Origin: Paraspadella gotoi
Lineage: Eukaryota > Animalia > Chaetognatha
Reading direction: 5' to 3'
Length of the DNA stretch: 12,564 nt
NCBI GenBank assembly: GCA_051294375.1
Contig: CM119264.1
Coordinates: 2,760,986 to 2,773,549 of the forward strand
Positions 8,698 through 12,564 of the stretch are shown one piece after another (the stretch's first letter is position 1; each line of letters starts with the position of its first letter). The position numbers and the translations under genes were made by a program. The notes beneath the pieces were generated by a model. It was not told where the DNA came from and did not search any database. It saw nothing but the letters and a program-made list of their open reading frames with translations.

Positions 8698-9778
8698 GAG
8701 GCAAATCCCGGCGAAGCTCCCGGCGTCTCTCCGGACCGCCCACGCTTTCCGGTCAAGCCTTCCTATCTACGCCAACTCACGGTTCCATCCTGAGCGCCGG
8801 ACTTCTCACTCCGACCCACGGTGGCGCTACTATCGTCACGCCTACCGGCGTCGGACTTCTCACGCCGACCGGCGCCACTCTCGGCACGCCTACCGGCGGT
8901 ACTTTGGCCACACCCTCCGGCGCCGGCCTCGGCATGCCCTCCGGCGCTTCTTTGGCCACGCTCACTGGGGCCGGTCTCGGCACGCCCACTGGAATTCGTC
9001 CGAACGCGATTCCATCCGGTGACGGCGTCTTATCACCGACGACGACGACGACGACGACGACGAAAGAAAGAACTACGAGGCGAAAAGCTGATGGCGCCGC
9101 TCTCCGCGAGACAACGCCGGCAGACAACTCCGGCCAGTCGACGACTGGGGCACCAGCAGCGGCGCCTGCTGCAGCGCCGACGCCAGCGGCAGCGCCGACG
9201 CCGCGAGTTAGAAAGATCTTCTATCCAGTGAGCAGCCCCGAGGGACCCAACCCGCTGCTGTCGACTCCTGGTTTGACGGTGACGGCCGGCGTCGCGTCGT
9301 CGCGTCTGGCGGCGTCTTCGACCGGCGGTGGCGGCGGCGGTGGCGGCGGTGGCGGTACCGCCGGCGGCGCGGGTTACATCTCCAACTCGAGTCCAGCGAC
9401 GATTTCAACTTCGAGTTCGAATTCTTTTAGTTTCGTTCCGATTTCTCTTCCGGAAGAAACAGACTCTGACAACACAGCCGCCGCTCTAGTGTCGCCCACC
9501 TCCACTCCAGCCGCTACTCCAGCCACCACTCCAGCCACTACCCCCAAAGCATCCGCCCAGCGCGGCGATCGTAACCTAAACTCTTCTCTCGGTCCGTCTT
9601 CGATGTTCAAGAATCAAAATCTCGGATTCGTTTCGCCGTTCAAAGTCATCAACTGCGGCGCGGTAGCTGCTGCAGCGGCTGGTGTGACAGCGGCTGAAGC
9701 GGCTGGAGTCGTAGCGGGGGCGGCGGTGGCGGCGGTGACGGCGGCGGCCGGGACGCCATCGACGAATGGTCATCTAAG
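8698..9778 (+). CDS. Large internal coding exon B; low-complexity T/P/G/A/S-rich, probably disordered, with 8-aa TPTG repeats, poly-Thr and poly-Gly
   Basis: Lies in the 379-codon ORF 8673-9812, a GC-rich block between AT-rich flanks. Acceptor TTTCCCCAACCAG| at 8697, donor AAG|GTTAGC at 9778/9779. Internal repeats have units of 3, 12 and 24 nt, so they preserve frame. Confidence 0.8.
8838..8993 (+). repeat. 24-bp coding tandem repeat (8-aa TP[T/S]GxxLx), about 6.5 units
   Basis: TPTGVGLL TPTGATLG TPTGGTLA TPSGAGLG MPSGASLA TLTGAGLG TPTG. Confidence 0.85.
9039..9062 (+). repeat. (ACG)8 encoding poly-Thr
   Basis: Perfect trinucleotide repeat, in frame. Confidence 0.95.
9324..9356 (+). repeat. 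(GGY)11 encoding poly-Gly
   Basis: In-frame GGC/GGT run. Confidence 0.95.
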
Positions 9779-9903
9779 GTTAGCATCTAGGAAATGGGAA
9801 GTTTGTCTCTAGGACCTAGGCGGATTCATATTATCAGGGGTACTTCTAATAGTTAAATCCTCAGGGGAAAATTCTTAAATTTTTTCTGGCGTCATATATT
9901 CAG
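9779..9903 (+). other. GT-AG intron between exons B and C (125 nt)
   Basis: GTTAGC...TTTTTTCTGG...TTCAG; AT-rich relative to the exons; its removal deletes the in-frame stop at 9810-9812. Confidence 0.8.
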
Positions 9904-10152
9904 GAGCGATACAACGAGCGCTTCCGGCACTGATGACGTCGACGACGCCGGGGAATCAATCGGCGCCGGGTCGATGAACGGCGCCGAAGCAGCCGCCGAC
10001 TCTGCCGACGCCGCCGCCGACGACCCTGCCGCCGCCAGGGCCAAGGCTCGGCCGAGGCTGCTAACCAAGTCGCCCGCCGTTGGAGATTTAAGGGAAGAAG
10101 CGAATCCTACATATCAAAGGAAAGAGGAACAGATCGGTCCTCAGGTAGAGAG
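9904..10152 (+). CDS. Internal coding exon C (SDTTSASGTDDVDDAGES...RPRLLTKSPAVGDLREEANPTYQRKEEQIGPQVE)
   Basis: Acceptor ATATTCAG| at 9903. The phase-2 join with exon B (AG+G = Arg) gives the same frame as ORF 9974-10156. Consensus donor GAG|GTGAGT at 10152/10153. Confidence 0.8.
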
Positions 10153-10506
10153 GTGAGTTTGGAGTGAAGTCATGATGGCCGTTGGAGGGAAAAGTGATCA
10201 GCGTTGCGAAGTTGATGTTGCCCGATTGCAAACTGTATGTTGAGTTTAAACTAACTACAAAATAGGAAGTTAATGGAAACAATGTTATCTTTATTCTACC
10301 CGGATATGAATTGTAACCGACTCCGACGCGAATGTTGACTGACGACTACGAACCGGATCTTGACTGATTGCAACCCGGATTTTATCTGACTGTCAACAGG
10401 AAGTAAACCCGGAAAGCAATCGCTTCTCAGCCCCTCGCAGGTTCCCGATATTCGAGCTAAGACCAGGAGTAATTATCACTGAGCCGAGGATTAGCAAAAG
10501 TTGAAT

Positions 10507-10751
10507 GAGAGAGAGGGGGAGAGAGAGATGAGAGGGAGTAAGAGGGAGAGGAGAGAGAAGAGAGAGAAAGAGGGAGGGAAGAGAGAGAAAGAAGAGGAGA
10601 GAGAGAGGGCGAGAGATAAGATGAGAGGGGGAGAGAGAGGAGAGAGGGAGAGAAAGAGAAGGTGAAGAGATGAGAGAGGGAGGAAAAGAGAGAAGAGAGG
10701 GAGAGAGAGAGAGAGAGAGAGACGAGAGAGAGGAAGAGAGAGAGAGAGAGG
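10507..10751. repeat. Intronic (GA)n-rich tract
   Basis: Direct reading of the sequence. Confidence 0.9.
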
Positions 10752-10810
10752 CTTATGACGCAAGGATAGAGGGAAGGCGATTAATTTGGGAAGGAGAAGG
10801 AAATTCTCAG

Positions 10811-10882
10811 GATCGAAACTCGTTGAGTCGATTGAGAAACGAAGTCGCGATTCGATGCAGAAGGAGTTTATGGGAGAGAAAG
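10811..10882 (+). CDS. Candidate 72-nt small exon between GA and CT tracts
   Basis: TTCTCAG| at 10810 and AAG|GTGAGA at 10882/10883; length divisible by 3. Open in phases 0 and 1, but TGA at 10824 in phase 2. Confidence 0.25.
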
Positions 10883-10890
10883 GTGAGAGG

Positions 10891-11032
10891 TGTCTCTGTC
10901 TCTGTCTCTCTCTCTGATAGCTCTCAAATCATATCAAATTCACTCTCCCGTTCTGTTTCTTTAACTCTCTCTCTTTCTCTCTCCCTGCCTCTCTTTTTCT
11001 TTTTCTTNNNNNNNNNNNNNNNNNNNNNNNNN

Positions 11033-11094
<62 letters not shown>

Positions 11095-11126
11095 TTTTCC
11101 TCTGCCTTTCTTTTTCTTTTTCTTTA

Positions 11127-11168
<42 letters not shown>

Positions 11169-11190
11169 CTTCCCTGCCTTTCTTTCTTTC

Positions 11191-11248
<58 letters not shown>
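10891..11248. repeat. Intronic (CT)n compound microsatellite interrupted by a 25-N gap
   Basis: Long perfect CT runs separated by CTGCCT...TTTC..TTA linkers. Confidence 0.9.
11008..11032. other. Assembly gap, 25 N
   Basis: N run. Confidence 1.
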
Positions 11249-11251
<3 letters not shown>

Positions 11252-11410
11252 CGGAATGAATCCATACGGTCCACGCCTCTCTCAATGTCGTTCAAAAAGG
11301 CGAGGCGAGGGATCGATTTTTAACGAATAACCAGAGCTGCGACCAAATAAGCGAGTGTGTGACTAATCCGAGCAACAACGATGGATCAATCTTAGTCAAT
11401 TTCTCGACAG

Positions 11411-11740
11411 GGCAATACATAACGCGGACCTCCCGGCGGAGGAAGAAGGGAAAGAGCAGGAGGAGGAAGGGAGGAAAGGAAAGGAGGAGAGGGAGGGTGA
11501 AGGAAAGACTAATCATCCGGAGGAGGAGATGACGAAGTTGGGGATCAACTCAGGAAATGGAGGGAGAGAGGGAGGAAGGGAGGAAGAAGGAGGAGAGGAG
11601 GAAGAAGAAGAGAGGGAGGAAGGAGCGGTAGGAGGAGAATCGATGGAAAGTCTCATTAACAACCGCGGCGTCCCGGCGGATTCGACCGGAAAGCGTCTTC
11701 CCGATCCGACTGAATCCGGAATGGAAATTGGAGAAAAAGG
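11411..11740 (+). CDS. Internal coding exon D, Glu/Gly-rich (AIHNADLPAEEEGKEQEEE...DSTGKRLPDPTESGMEIGEK)
   Basis: Branch-like GACTAAT at 11361-11367, acceptor TTTCTCGACAG| at 11410, donor AGG|GTAAGG at 11740/11741. Phase-2 entry is compatible with exon C and in frame with ORF 11529-11744. Confidence 0.65.
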
Positions 11741-11822
11741 GTAAGGGTAGGGAGAGAAAGGAAAGGGAGGGGGAAAAAGCAACGGGTGGAAAGGAGGAAA
11801 GAGAGGGGAAAAGGAAAGGGAG

Positions 11823-12030
11823 NNNNNNNNNNNNNNNNNNNNNNNNNNNNNNNNNNNNNNNNNNNNNNNNNNNNNNNNNNNNNNNNNNNNNNNNNNNNNN
11901 NNNNNNNNNNNNNNNNNNNNNNNNNNNNNNNNNNNNNNNNNNNNNNNNNNNNNNNNNNNNNNNNNNNNNNNNNNNNNNNNNNNNNNNNNNNNNNNNNNNN
12001 NNNNNNNNNNNNNNNNNNNNNNNNNNNNNN
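11823..12030. other. Assembly gap, 208 N
   Basis: N run. Confidence 1.
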
Positions 12031-12564
12031 AAAAAAGGAAAGGGAGGAAAAGGAAAGGGATGAAATAAAAAAGAAAAAAATGGACAATAGAAAATCGGAA
12101 AGAAAGAAAAATAAATTTGGGGGAACTGAAGTCTTTGCTTCACATTAGAGAAAAATTCTTTAGAAGAAAAAAATATTCGTTTTAAAGTAGTTTTAAATTA
12201 ATAAGTAAATAAATAAACAAATAAATATATTAAAATAAAAAAAACAAAATCTTAATAAAATAGTCGATCTTAATGATTCGCGACATTTACAAAATATACA
12301 TGAATTTCTCGATTTGACTTAATTGCCAAATTCATCAGAAATGTGTCGTTTGGAAAGTTGAATGCGAGGTTTTTATTTCAAGAACATAATATGAACTAAA
12401 ATTAGTTTTCAAAATTGAGCCGATGAAGAGAAGCAGAAAATTATCGTCGCAAAGTAAATTTTTTCTTGACGACTACAAAACTATTTGTACAATAATTGTA
12501 AACTAACTAATAAAATTAGAAGTAGACGTATTTAGAACTAAAAGGGAAAGCGCCGATTGAAAAA

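Larger units (their letters stand above)
10153..11410 (+). other. Intronic interval between exons C and D (may hide additional small exons)
   Basis: GTGAGT...GACAG; contains GA and CT microsatellites and a 25-N gap. Confidence 0.55.

Noticed and set aside
8669-9773. Overlapping alternative-frame and antisense ORFs (Arg/His-rich, Val-rich)
   Set aside because: Shadows of a GC-rich repetitive exon; only the 8673 frame chains with neighbouring exons.
8673-9812. Single-exon 379-aa gene starting at TTG
   Set aside because: The start is non-ATG within a polypyrimidine tract and both ends coincide with splice signals; it is better read as an internal exon.
10670-12148. ORFs spanning GA/CT tracts and N gaps
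   Set aside because: Low-complexity or X-filled translations; only 11411-11740 has splice and frame support.

Overview
Eukaryotic draft-scaffold window, probably animal (inferred from GT-AG introns and CpG-rich exons). It contains five N-gaps, three of exactly 25 N, and is dominated by (GA)/(CT) microsatellites and polypurine low-complexity tracts, which explain almost all ORFs in the supplied track. The only well-supported gene is an internal part of a spliced + strand gene. Four exons (8098-8156, 8698-9778, 9904-10152, 11411-11740) join in frame through GT-AG introns and encode a low-complexity Thr/Pro/Gly/Ala-rich, then Glu-rich, region with an 8-aa TPTG repeat; I cannot name the gene. The left half holds indel-ridden inverted and direct copies of the same sequence (531-663 vs 837-996; 2915-3535 vs 4538-4758 and 4784-5512) lying next to 25-N gaps. 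These most likely come from raw long-read gap filling rather than biology. The most interesting candidate signals are a 26-bp strand-specific hairpin with three G.U pairs (1113-1170) and complementary (GA)n/(CT)n arms bracketing short unique segments, one of which holds a candidate cassette exon. I see no convincing evidence of a new multi-gene system, CRISPR array, RNA gene family or transposase.
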